Shown here piece by piece: positions 1 to 8,178 of a stretch of DNA of 27,849 nucleotides. The stretch comes from an uncultured archaeon (GTDB taxonomy: Archaea > Asgardarchaeota > Hermodarchaeia > Hermodarchaeales > Hermodarchaeaceae): NCBI GenBank assembly GCA_964347045.1, contig CAYFXC010000024.1:1-27849 (forward strand), written 5' to 3'. The notes under the pieces were generated by a model, which ran no database searches, was not told where the DNA came from, and saw only the letters and a program-made list of their open reading frames with translations. The stretch's first letter is position 1. The number at the start of each line of letters is the position of its first letter. A program made the translations under genes and the position numbers.

Positions 1-398
1 GTCTCGAACATGATCTCGGCCATCTTTTCACGATTGGCCCGAGGGTTCAAGGGGGCTTCGGTTAAGAGGATGGGGTGTTCGGTGGGGTCGATGCGTAAGT
101 CGTTGTAGAAGGTGTAGTGCCAGATTTTTTCCATGGCGGGCCAGTCGGTGATTTGGCCGTGGGCGATGGGGTAGACGAGTTTGAGGACGCCGCGGAGTTG
201 GAGGGCTTCTTCGCCGATGTAGTATTCGCGGGTGTAGTGTTCGACGTCGGTCATGTAGGCAGGATACTTGGGGTAGCCGATGAGCGTGGGGAACACGCTG
301 CGTGGCTGGTCTTCACCGGCGTAGCCGTTTTTGCTAAGGCCGGTGCCGTTGTCAACCACCAAGGGTTTGGCGGTGACCATTTCTTCTTCAGTTGCCAT
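1..398 (-). CDS. Actin (Asgard Lokiactin-type), 5' part; runs off the left edge of the window
   Basis: Manual translation from ATG at 398: [133 protein letters not shown]. It contains the actin phosphate-1 loop DNGTG, YPIxHG, MEKIWHxTFYNxLR and the [16 protein letters not shown] signature. SD-like AAGGAGAUGA lies upstream. Confidence 0.98.
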   Translation of the reverse strand, partial: MATEEEMVTAKPLVVDNGTGLSKNGYAGEDQPRSVFPTLIGYPKYPAYMTDVEHYTREYYIGEEALQLRGVLKLVYPIAHGQITDWPAMEKIWHYTFYNDLRIDPTEHPILLTEAPLNPRANREKMAEIMFE

Positions 399-507
399 TG
401 GATGAGTTCATCTCCTTCGAAGGGTTTTGGGTTTTAAAAGGGTAAGTCAGGCTGGAATACTTCCCAGGCTGGTCTTTGTATTCCCACAGTTAGTCCTTCG
501 AATTTTA

Positions 508-516
508 CTTTTAAAG
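508..516 (-). promoter_or_regulatory. Putative TATA box for the actin gene
   Basis: Minus-strand TTTAAAAG about 24 nt upstream of GGGAATAC (485-478), a plausible TSS. A second TTTTAAAA lies at about 432-439. Confidence 0.45.
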
Positions 517-713
517 ATTGAGGCGCCTTTTGGCGTCATCTCTATCAACGTTATTAGTGATGGAGATGTTGAATTAAACCGCAAACCCGTCTAGGTGAAG
601 GTAGCGCGGGTCGAGCCATTTATATGCCGGACTTTGTAGGTTTTTAGTGTAGCAACCCATGTTCTGAGAGAGCTCAACAGAGATAGAGAACCGTATAACC
701 ATGGTGGCATAAA

Positions 714-1379
714 GTGTCTGAGGGTAAAGTGCGACGCGTGATCGGCGGAGTCGAAGCACGCAAGATTATCCTCCGGAATCTTTTAGATGGTCCTCAGACC
801 GGCTTGGTGTTACGGGCCGCCATTGCCCGCAGGGTCTCAAAGCCCGTGGATGAAGTCTCCGATGCGATGCTCTATTTTAATTTGCAACATTTGGAAAACA
901 ATGGGCTGATTGAACGGTTCCGCGATGGTAAAGAGAAAGCTGCACGATTAGTTCCCCATGAAATTCAAAGCGTCCGGCGTGTACTTGGAGTCAATGCCCC
1001 AGTGGCCTATATTGGTGCCATTAGTGATGACCCAAGTGTTTTGCATGCGGTCCCCAAACGGATTCGAGCTGAAACAGCCTTTCGCCCTGAAAAATACCAC
1101 TACTTTGTCGAGGAAGCCGCCCGCCGTCGCTTGAGCGGGCTAACCCCGGACCGCGTCTTACATGAAGTTCCCGCAGATATTTTCTTGCATGATTTGGGCA
1201 AAATGTATGAATTGGTCTACAGCCTCTCCAATGATCTCATCCGCGAATATGCGATACTGGTTGATGTGACAGGGGGCGAGAAGGTGTGTGCCCTCGCGTT
1301 GTACCAACTAGCCATTGAGTTTGATTTGCCCTGTATTTTCGTCACGGAGCTGGGCACAGTCACTTGGATGCGCCGCTAA
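714..1379 (+). CDS. Winged-HTH (PadR/ArsR-like) plus C-terminal CARF-domain protein, putative ligand-sensing transcription regulator
   Basis: N-terminal wHTH pattern (ARKIILRNLLDGPQTG...SDAMLYFNLQHLENNGLIERFRDG). C-terminal Rossmann-like domain with CARF motif ILVDVTGGEKVCALALY...DLPCIFV. GTG start preceded by GGTGG. Confidence 0.8.
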   Translation: MSEGKVRRVIGGVEARKIILRNLLDGPQTGLVLRAAIARRVSKPVDEVSDAMLYFNLQHLENNGLIERFRDGKEKAARLVPHEIQSVRRVLGVNAPVAYIGAISDDPSVLHAVPKRIRAETAFRPEKYHYFVEEAARRRLSGLTPDRVLHEVPADIFLHDLGKMYELVYSLSNDLIREYAILVDVTGGEKVCALALYQLAIEFDLPCIFVTELGTVTWMRR

Positions 1380-1422
1380 ACCAGAAAAATTCTTTTACCG
1401 GGTTCTTGTGCTCGATATCGGA

Positions 1423-3603
1423 TTATGCAGTGGCGTTGTTTGTAAACTCATAAGGAAAATCAGTCTGGATGGGCACTATCAAACCTTTTTCGCGGAGATT
1501 AAAGAGCGCTTCAAATACTTCGATACGTTGCACGCCTTTATCCTGCAAATATTTGTCAACAAGCTCCCGAATGAAAAATGAACCGTTCGAGAGTGTAAGC
1601 GTTTTCGCTAGTGCATAAAGAGTGCGTTCTGGTTGAGAAAGCAAGAAGCGACTAACCTGTCCCGTGTGAAGGGTGTGAGGTAACCGGAGGGAAATAAACA
1701 AGTACTCATCAACAAGGGGAACCGCCTCGTTGAAGATGTTGAGTCGACCTGCCCAGTTTTCAAGGACGTCTTGGTATTGCTCTTCAAAGCGTTTTGTAAA
1801 TTCTTCCAGACGTTTATCGAGCTCACTATTGGGAGGTTGCCTGAATATCAGCGCATTACGTGTATATTGGCCGTCATGGACAATGATGTGAAAGTCGTGA
1901 TAGGTGATCTGTCGAAGCGAGGAGGTGTCATCAAGAGGTTCTGAGGAGCCCTCAGATTCGGTAAGGCTAACTCCAAAGGTTGTAATCGCTTGAATTAGCG
2001 CACTGACGAGGTTAGCTTTCATTTTACGATCCACAATTGGATCCAAGAGACATAGCCCTGTTTCTTTGTGGATAAGTAATATCCGTTTGATTTTGTTGAT
2101 ATCATAGAATGTATCAGCAAGCGCTTGGAGGTGACGACGGCGGATACGCTGGCGGGGAAGCAGGATTTGCTGACGGTAGAAAATGAAGAGGGCGAAAAGT
2201 AGCATGACTAGGATAACAGCAAGCCAGACAAAAATTCCACTATATAATGTTAGTGGAGAGATGGGAACCAAGCAAAAAACTTGCCAGAGTCCATCTTCTG
2301 CATTATTAATGATTAATACCTCGTCATCAACTACCCAGTTTGTATACAGAACGGTGTTACGTGTGAGCCATTCAATGCTCCATTCAGGGTGCACAGAAAG
2401 GTGGATGGTTTGATTAGTGATATCCGTTGGAAAATCAACTATTATCGTTAGGAGCCAATTCGCCTCGACGGAGCCTGGAAGAAACCCTGCTTGGACTGGT
2501 ATAGAATCTAAGAAATACCCAATCCATCTAACGTCGAACCCAACTACCCATTGATAGTAATCGGGCCAATTCACTGTCATTTGGTATCCAATGACAGCAC
2601 CGTTCAAAGAGAGAGGAGGTTGGTATTCACCACTATCCCAAATTCCTTTAGACGGAGAACTCAGGTTAGTGACAACGAGACCATTCACTTGCATATCGAT
2701 GTCAGTAGGATAGAGTTCTAGATTTACTGGAAGGATGGAGACGTTAAGGAATAAATCCCGAGTACGATATGACCACGAACTAAAGCGCCCATAGCAATCG
2801 CCTTCATCGTCTTCATCAGGAATAACATCATCGCGACAATAAACCCAGTTTATACGAGTATCGGTTGTGGCCTCAAAGGCACGGGCAAGACCAAAATAAA
2901 ATGTATGGTCATAGGTTTCCAGTGGATGGAGAATTAGGGTGCTTTCATTTGTATCAACCCAAAACCAGTATTCGTCTCCCGGTTCGAGAGTAGGAGATAT
3001 TGGAACCTCAATCCAATCAGTTAAGGGAGCAGAAGTGTCAACGAAAGTGTCTGCTGAAGTTCCTGGTTCAGCGCCATAAACACGGTATCGAAAGATCCCT
3101 TGGGTTGGTCCGCGAAGGTATATCCAAAACCCGTCGACCCGCACTGGTTCAGTTCCATTGATACGGAAACTCATGTAAGATTCTTCATCGGTCCAGATGT
3201 AGTCCTCAAAAGGACTATTGGCGGGATCATAATCTTCTACTGCTATTTGAATGGGTTCGGGCTCGATTCGATTAAAATAGAGGGTTTCCCTGTATAGCAA
3301 TCCTTGTTCAAGGGTTACAATTAACTCGGCATTACTGTTCCAATTTTCCCAAATGCGCTGATGCATCCAATTTAGTTGAGCAAAACGTGAACTTTGATTT
3401 TCAAAAGTTTGAGTAGCCCCAGCGAGATATGCCAAATTATTGTATGCCGGTGAATACTCCGGAAAAAAAATCAAAGCCTCATGAGCTGGACTATTGTGTG
3501 GTTTACCAATGGGAATTATTAGGAGCATTCCATTGATCAAGACTATTAGACAAATTGCTAGGCAGACTATATGAAGCCCGGATGCGTTCCGGGTTTTCTT
3601 CAT
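1423..3603 (-). CDS. Single-pass membrane protein: signal/anchor, beta-rich ectodomain, TM helix, cytoplasmic longin-like domain, C-terminal winged helix
   Basis: Likely start ATG 3603 (MKKTRN), with GGGAGGT upstream. Hydrophobic N-terminus. TM segment LYSGIFVWLAVILVMLLFALFIFY followed by RQRIRRR. Longin-type pattern ILLIHKETGLCL...LVSALIQAITTF...FTKRFEEQY...W.G.LNIF. C-terminal wHTH-like IEVFEALFNLREKGLI. Confidence 0.75.
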   Translation of the reverse strand: MKKTRNASGLHIVCLAICLIVLINGMLLIIPIGKPHNSPAHEALIFFPEYSPAYNNLAYLAGATQTFENQSSRFAQLNWMHQRIWENWNSNAELIVTLEQGLLYRETLYFNRIEPEPIQIAVEDYDPANSPFEDYIWTDEESYMSFRINGTEPVRVDGFWIYLRGPTQGIFRYRVYGAEPGTSADTFVDTSAPLTDWIEVPISPTLEPGDEYWFWVDTNESTLILHPLETYDHTFYFGLARAFEATTDTRINWVYCRDDVIPDEDDEGDCYGRFSSWSYRTRDLFLNVSILPVNLELYPTDIDMQVNGLVVTNLSSPSKGIWDSGEYQPPLSLNGAVIGYQMTVNWPDYYQWVVGFDVRWIGYFLDSIPVQAGFLPGSVEANWLLTIIVDFPTDITNQTIHLSVHPEWSIEWLTRNTVLYTNWVVDDEVLIINNAEDGLWQVFCLVPISPLTLYSGIFVWLAVILVMLLFALFIFYRQQILLPRQRIRRRHLQALADTFYDINKIKRILLIHKETGLCLLDPIVDRKMKANLVSALIQAITTFGVSLTESEGSSEPLDDTSSLRQITYHDFHIIVHDGQYTRNALIFRQPPNSELDKRLEEFTKRFEEQYQDVLENWAGRLNIFNEAVPLVDEYLFISLRLPHTLHTGQVSRFLLSQPERTLYALAKTLTLSNGSFFIRELVDKYLQDKGVQRIEVFEALFNLREKGLIVPIQTDFPYEFTNNATA

Positions 3604-3838
3604 ATTAACCGCTACCTCCCACACGCGATGCATTTTATTGCCAAGTGTGTTTTGTCAGCTACATGGTTCTTCGATTTCAGGAAATCAGTAGCATTTGACA
3701 AAGGTGAGTAGTTCAATAAATAGCCTGTTCCTAAAGTTCCAGCCACCTAGGTATTATTGACGAATCCGTAATGTGTTTTTCAGTAAAAGCCGACAAAAAC
3801 CCTGAAAATTTCTTAGTCAATGATGAATGGCACACATA

Positions 3839-4564
3839 TCAGGCTATTGATTCAACGTTGGGTGAAAAAGGAACCAAACCATCCTTATGGAAAATTGGGG
3901 TTAGATCATACCGATTTGGCTGGGCACAAAAGTAGATATCCCCTTCATAGCCTGCTTGCACCAATAAACTGCCATGCCGGCTCACCAAAAGCTCTCGAGC
4001 TAAATCTCCAATATCTGCATAGCCAGGAGGGCCTTCAGGATCTTTGATGCGGATAATTAGTTGATAGGAAGTAAAATCATCTTCCATTGAGATTCCATGC
4101 AAACTTCCGGCGGAAATGACTGAAATGGGTTGCCCGATTTTTGCAGCCAAGTGCCGTGCAGTAGTGGCTACATGGTCAATATTTAGAAATGCGCCGACAA
4201 GAATTGTTGCGGAGGAAGGAGGTCTCCCAAGGGTTCGGGTGAAATTACTGGTGGTTAAGATAATGGGTCGCCCTTTAATGCGCTCGGTGATAAAACTTCG
4301 GGGGGAGTTGCCAAAATCGAAGCCTGCAGGTGGGTGAGCATCTCGTTCACCAGCAAGAAACCCAGTTGGATAATGATAGATCAATTCTCGTGCTTCTTCA
4401 ACAGTAGGTACGGGGATGATTTTTGAGGCGCCATTTGCCAGAGCAGTAATAATGGTGCTGCTTGCCCGTAGTACATCCACTAACACAACTACATGATTCT
4501 GTTCCACAGCCTTGGCTAACGCGGCAGGACCGGAACTATGAGCAACTTCGAAAGAATCAGACAT
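3839..4564 (-). CDS. comB: 2-phosphosulfolactate phosphatase family (ComB-like) phosphatase
   Basis: Motifs VDVLRASSTI, LAGER, GFDFGNSP, TTSN, GAFLN and SMED. Confidence 0.9.
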   Translation of the reverse strand: MSDSFEVAHSSGPAALAKAVEQNHVVVLVDVLRASSTIITALANGASKIIPVPTVEEARELIYHYPTGFLAGERDAHPPAGFDFGNSPRSFITERIKGRPIILTTSNFTRTLGRPPSSATILVGAFLNIDHVATTARHLAAKIGQPISVISAGSLHGISMEDDFTSYQLIIRIKDPEGPPGYADIGDLARELLVSRHGSLLVQAGYEGDIYFCAQPNRYDLTPIFHKDGLVPFSPNVESIA

Positions 4565-4592
4565 GCTGGTAGGCTCCAGTGATTCATCTGGT

Positions 4593-5216
4593 TTAAAGTT
4601 TCGGAGAGACTATCTCATGTAGCTGACGACGATAACAGAGCATCCGATATATCACCGTGAGATGGCTCAGAACCGCAACCAAGATTAATCCCAAATACAG
4701 GGCGGGAGGAAAAAGAAATGCAACAACACTGGTGACAACCAATATGAAGAGCCGCTCAGACCTTGCAGCGAGACCCACATCGGTATCTGCGACACCGGCA
4801 GCCTGTGCTCGACTTCTTGTATAACTGACGAGTATAACCCCAGATACTGCAGCGGTAACCCACCACCAACTGGGCCCTAACTGGGGGTAAGGATTGGGCA
4901 ACCAAAGAAAAGGTAAAAGAACCACCACGTCGGCAACACGATCTAACAAAGAATCAAAAAACCCTCCAACCAGAGAGACCTGATCAGTTTGACGGGCGAC
5001 TTCGCCGTCAACACCATCTAGTATACCAGCAACAAAAACCAATAACCCGTAGAAGATCACCCAATGATACAAAGTGAGTACAAAAGCAGCAAGAGATGCT
5101 AAGAACAATGCAAGAACACTGATCATATTGGGAGACATATGAAGGCGAATAAAGCCCCGGGCAGTAAGTCGAACCAGGGGACCAAAAACCCGTCTAAGTC
5201 GAAACCAAGAAGGCAT
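4593..5216 (-). CDS. CDP-alcohol phosphatidyltransferase (archaetidylinositol-phosphate synthase-like)
   Basis: Signature DGVDGEVAR...GGFFDSLLDR, plus SPN, VSYTRSRA and RSER motifs; multiple TM helices. Confidence 0.9.
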   Translation of the reverse strand: MPSWFRLRRVFGPLVRLTARGFIRLHMSPNMISVLALFLASLAAFVLTLYHWVIFYGLLVFVAGILDGVDGEVARQTDQVSLVGGFFDSLLDRVADVVVLLPFLWLPNPYPQLGPSWWWVTAAVSGVILVSYTRSRAQAAGVADTDVGLAARSERLFILVVTSVVAFLFPPALYLGLILVAVLSHLTVIYRMLCYRRQLHEIVSPKL

Positions 5217-5233
5217 TTTAATCGCATCCGATA

Positions 5234-6244
5234 CTAGATATGCACAATATTCCCTTCAGTATCTAATATTACCGAATTTAGGTTTACATTTGAAGGAACC
5301 TGAGTATGAGGAAAGGTAATACATTGGGCTAATTCGGAATTCGCTTGAATAATCGTCGAGGGTCCAAGTGTGGTCCCATCATGAATAAAACAATTATTCC
5401 CTACCTGAACTTGTGTTCCTACGAGCACAGGCCCCATTATCTGCGATTGGTGACCCAAACTTAGAGTGGCACTTTGGATCGGACCATCAACAGCCGTACC
5501 CGCGGGAACATAGGTACCCGGTGGGCGAGGCATGGGTGGCCATCCATCGGTTAAGAGGTAGTGATTCAAATTAATAAGGTGCCTTGGTGTGTCAACATCA
5601 CACCAAACCCTATCCGTGATGGGTATACCTTGAATTATTCCCCCTTGCTCTAGCCACCGACACAATAGGTCATAGATTGTTGATTGAAAGGCCGAACTTA
5701 CTTTGAGACCCAATTGTAGGAATTCGGGTGTTACGCGGAGCGCAGGCAAGCTCGAAAAATAATCCGGAAGATAATCAGAAGATTGTGTGAATTTACTGAT
5801 TTGTTGGGACGCATTCATCTGAATCAAAGTACCCGCTTTTTTAGTCTCAGCGTCAAAGAGTAACGCCATTTCAGAGGGAGACGAACTGAGAAGGCGTAGA
5901 TTTTGTGGGGATATATAGAGATCAGCAGGAACTAAGATGAAGGGCTCCTGATTTGAAAGATAAGGAATAACCGCTTTGAAAGATGCAAGAGGACCTTGTT
6001 CCCAATCTGGAACCAGCACGGGTTTCACTGAAGAAGAAATAGAGGTAACCGCAAGGAATTGTTCTAATCGGTCTCCTGCATATCCGATTGTGACAAAGAG
6101 ATCAGTACAACCGACTTCGGTAAGGGCGAAAAGGAGATACTCGAGAAGTGGACGATTAGCAAGAGGCAAGAGCGGTTTTGGAATGAAATCGGTAAGGGGT
6201 CGAAATCGTGATCCACGGCCACTAGCTAAGATAATTGCTTGCAA
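5234..6244 (-). CDS. Sugar/polyol-phosphate nucleotidyltransferase with C-terminal hexapeptide (left-handed beta-helix) repeats
   Basis: AIILASGRGSRFRPLT..PKPL motif, WCDVDTP, and hexapeptide-like C-terminus. TTG start with GAGGT upstream. Confidence 0.88.
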   Translation of the reverse strand: MQAIILASGRGSRFRPLTDFIPKPLLPLANRPLLEYLLFALTEVGCTDLFVTIGYAGDRLEQFLAVTSISSSVKPVLVPDWEQGPLASFKAVIPYLSNQEPFILVPADLYISPQNLRLLSSSPSEMALLFDAETKKAGTLIQMNASQQISKFTQSSDYLPDYFSSLPALRVTPEFLQLGLKVSSAFQSTIYDLLCRWLEQGGIIQGIPITDRVWCDVDTPRHLINLNHYLLTDGWPPMPRPPGTYVPAGTAVDGPIQSATLSLGHQSQIMGPVLVGTQVQVGNNCFIHDGTTLGPSTIIQANSELAQCITFPHTQVPSNVNLNSVILDTEGNIVHI

Positions 6245-6307
6245 CGAGTGAACCTCGAACAGATTTTAGGTTAGAATGTCTTCTACATTAGTGGTGGCAA
6301 CTGAAAA

Positions 6308-6955
6308 ATGACTAGGCGTCAAACCATCGACCCCAAAAATCCGAATCTCCACATCATCCAAGAGGTTGCATCCTGCATCAAAGAGGGACTCATCGTAGTA
6401 CTGCCGACGGACACCGCATATGGTTTAACCGGCAATCCATCCGATGCAAAGGTTGTGCACCGGATTCTAACAGTGAAACAGCGAACCAAAAAACTGGGTA
6501 TGCCCCTTCTTGCCGCAAACCTAGCACAAGTACACAACCTAGTCACACTTTCCACAATGGCTGAAGCATTTACAGCACAGTGTTGGCCAGGAGCCGTGAC
6601 CATAATTGCGCCAGCCAAACAGGTGTTTCCTCCAGGTATTTTGGGTCCCCAAAATTCCCTTGCGGTCCGAGTGCCTAACCATCCTGTAACTCTTGATGTA
6701 ATTCGCGCAACAGGGTATCCAATCATTGGGACAAGTGCCAACATATCAAATTTGTCAAGTCCAAGGACCGCAGACGCGGCGGAAATACAACTCGGAGATA
6801 TGGTGGATTATATCTTGGACGCAGGACCCACACATCATTCGGTGGATTCCACCATCGTAAATTTCTCTGTAGATCCGCCAGAAATCATCCGTGAAGGAGC
6901 CGTCAGCCGAAAAACTGTGGAATTTTGGCTGAAAACAAGAAAAGGTGAACAATAA
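6308..6955 (+). CDS. tsaC: L-threonylcarbamoyladenylate synthase (YrdC/TsaC-type, no SUA5 C-terminal domain)
   Basis: Motifs PTDTAYGL, KQR, WPG, AVRVPNHP, GTSAN, STIV and IREGA; 215 aa. Confidence 0.93.
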   Translation: MTRRQTIDPKNPNLHIIQEVASCIKEGLIVVLPTDTAYGLTGNPSDAKVVHRILTVKQRTKKLGMPLLAANLAQVHNLVTLSTMAEAFTAQCWPGAVTIIAPAKQVFPPGILGPQNSLAVRVPNHPVTLDVIRATGYPIIGTSANISNLSSPRTADAAEIQLGDMVDYILDAGPTHHSVDSTIVNFSVDPPEIIREGAVSRKTVEFWLKTRKGEQ

Positions 6956-7015
6956 GTTTCTGGTGTAGCACGATTCCTGAAGACTTAAAAAAGGAAGTGT
7001 GCACCCTTTGAGCGT

Positions 7016-7546
7016 ATGCTGTCAGTCAATGATAAATTTAATTTATTGCTATCGTGCCGCCGATTCCAAGAGGCAGAAAGTTGTCAAGAACTCCGACGAA
7101 TCATCGAAGAGGAACCAGACCTGGGTTCCTTGGAATGGTGTAAGCTCACAGGAATTACGTGTCTTGTGGTAGCGAAGCTAGAAGGCGATTCCCATACCTT
7201 TGTCACACGAATTGGACAACTTGTTAAGAAAATGCCATGGATAGTCCGCGATCTATTGAAGATTCATCCTATTGACCTCGTTGTTGACAGCACCATTGAG
7301 GCCATTCGCGAAGGCAGTAAAGAATTGGCTAAACGAATGACAAAATCAGCCAAGTTTCGTGTAAGCCTCAATCGCAGGGATACAGATTTAGATCGTGACA
7401 AGCTCCTTCACGAAGTGGCCATTCAATTCCCAGGGAAAGTCGATTTGGAAGAATATGATTGGGTGGTTGCTGTAGAACTTTTAGGACCCGTAGCGGGTCT
7501 TGCATTGTTACGCGAAGAGGAGATTATGACCCTGCGTCGACCCTAG
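7016..7546 (+). CDS. THUMP-domain RNA-binding protein (Tan1/THUMPD1-like)
   Basis: FRVSLNRR...KVDLEEYDWVVAVELLGPVAG THUMP pattern and KIHPID. Confidence 0.85.
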   Translation: MLSVNDKFNLLLSCRRFQEAESCQELRRIIEEEPDLGSLEWCKLTGITCLVVAKLEGDSHTFVTRIGQLVKKMPWIVRDLLKIHPIDLVVDSTIEAIREGSKELAKRMTKSAKFRVSLNRRDTDLDRDKLLHEVAIQFPGKVDLEEYDWVVAVELLGPVAGLALLREEEIMTLRRP

Positions 7547-8142
7547 CGCGTAATTGCAAGAAGAGCACAGCGATCGTAAACAAGTTTTTGCAGTGCAAGT
7601 CTCCTTTCTTTGGGTTTTCGAGATGGACAAATCGCATCAAGTTCTTCGTCTGAAATCTGAAAGGCCGTTTGAACAGCTTGCGCCTTTTGTTTTGTTTTCA
7701 GTTCCAATAATGCGGGATCATCAGTTGCTTCCATTAGATTCAAAAAGTCAAGATAAGTTGATTCAAGTATTGTCGAGTTAGAGTCCGCTAAAACGCCAGC
7801 GAAACCCCGAGTGTTTTCTGTAACACCAAGTAGATTAAGTGCTTGAGAGATTTGCCGTTGTGCTGCCGCAAATCGTATAATTTCCATTTGCCGAGTGGAG
7901 GCGCGGTTGGTCTTCCGGCTAAAAGCCGTAAATGCATGTATTGTGGCAAAGAGTAAATGATCGGCCCCTGCTACGAAGTTTGCGTCAACTAATAGAAAGG
8001 TCAGGTCTTGTTTCGACGTTACTTGTCGGGTAATCTCACGAATTTCATCCGGCATCAGTGGTGTGGAACGCCTGCAACCAAAAATGCCAATTTGGTGAGT
8101 GGTATGCCCGATGAACGCTTCCTGCAAGAAGAGGGGAGCCAT
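7543..8142 (-). CDS. cgi121: KEOPS complex subunit Cgi121
   Basis: DANFVAGADHLLFATIHA...MEIIRFAAAQRQISQALNLLG motif. Confidence 0.9.
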   Translation of the reverse strand: MAPLFLQEAFIGHTTHQIGIFGCRRSTPLMPDEIREITRQVTSKQDLTFLLVDANFVAGADHLLFATIHAFTAFSRKTNRASTRQMEIIRFAAAQRQISQALNLLGVTENTRGFAGVLADSNSTILESTYLDFLNLMEATDDPALLELKTKQKAQAVQTAFQISDEELDAICPSRKPKERRLALQKLVYDRCALLAITR

Positions 8143-8178
8143 TAGATAATTTCACCTTGGATGCAGCGATCTTTGTAA

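Noticed and set aside
117-437. 106-aa plus-strand ORF
   Set aside because: Antisense shadow of the actin gene, kept open by its biased codon usage.
574-759. 61-aa minus-strand ORF upstream of actin
   Set aside because: Overlaps the start of the wHTH-CARF gene and has no recognisable motif.
714-1379. CRISPR-Cas locus implied by the CARF gene
   Set aside because: No repeat-spacer array or cas gene anywhere in the window.
3819-3850. Plus-strand ATGATGA (box C-like)
   Set aside because: No suitably spaced CTGA boxes or terminal stem, and it runs antisense into comB.
3839-4564. Coenzyme M biosynthesis or methanogenesis inferred from comB
   Set aside because: ComB homologues are widespread outside methanogens, and no other com or mcr gene is present here.
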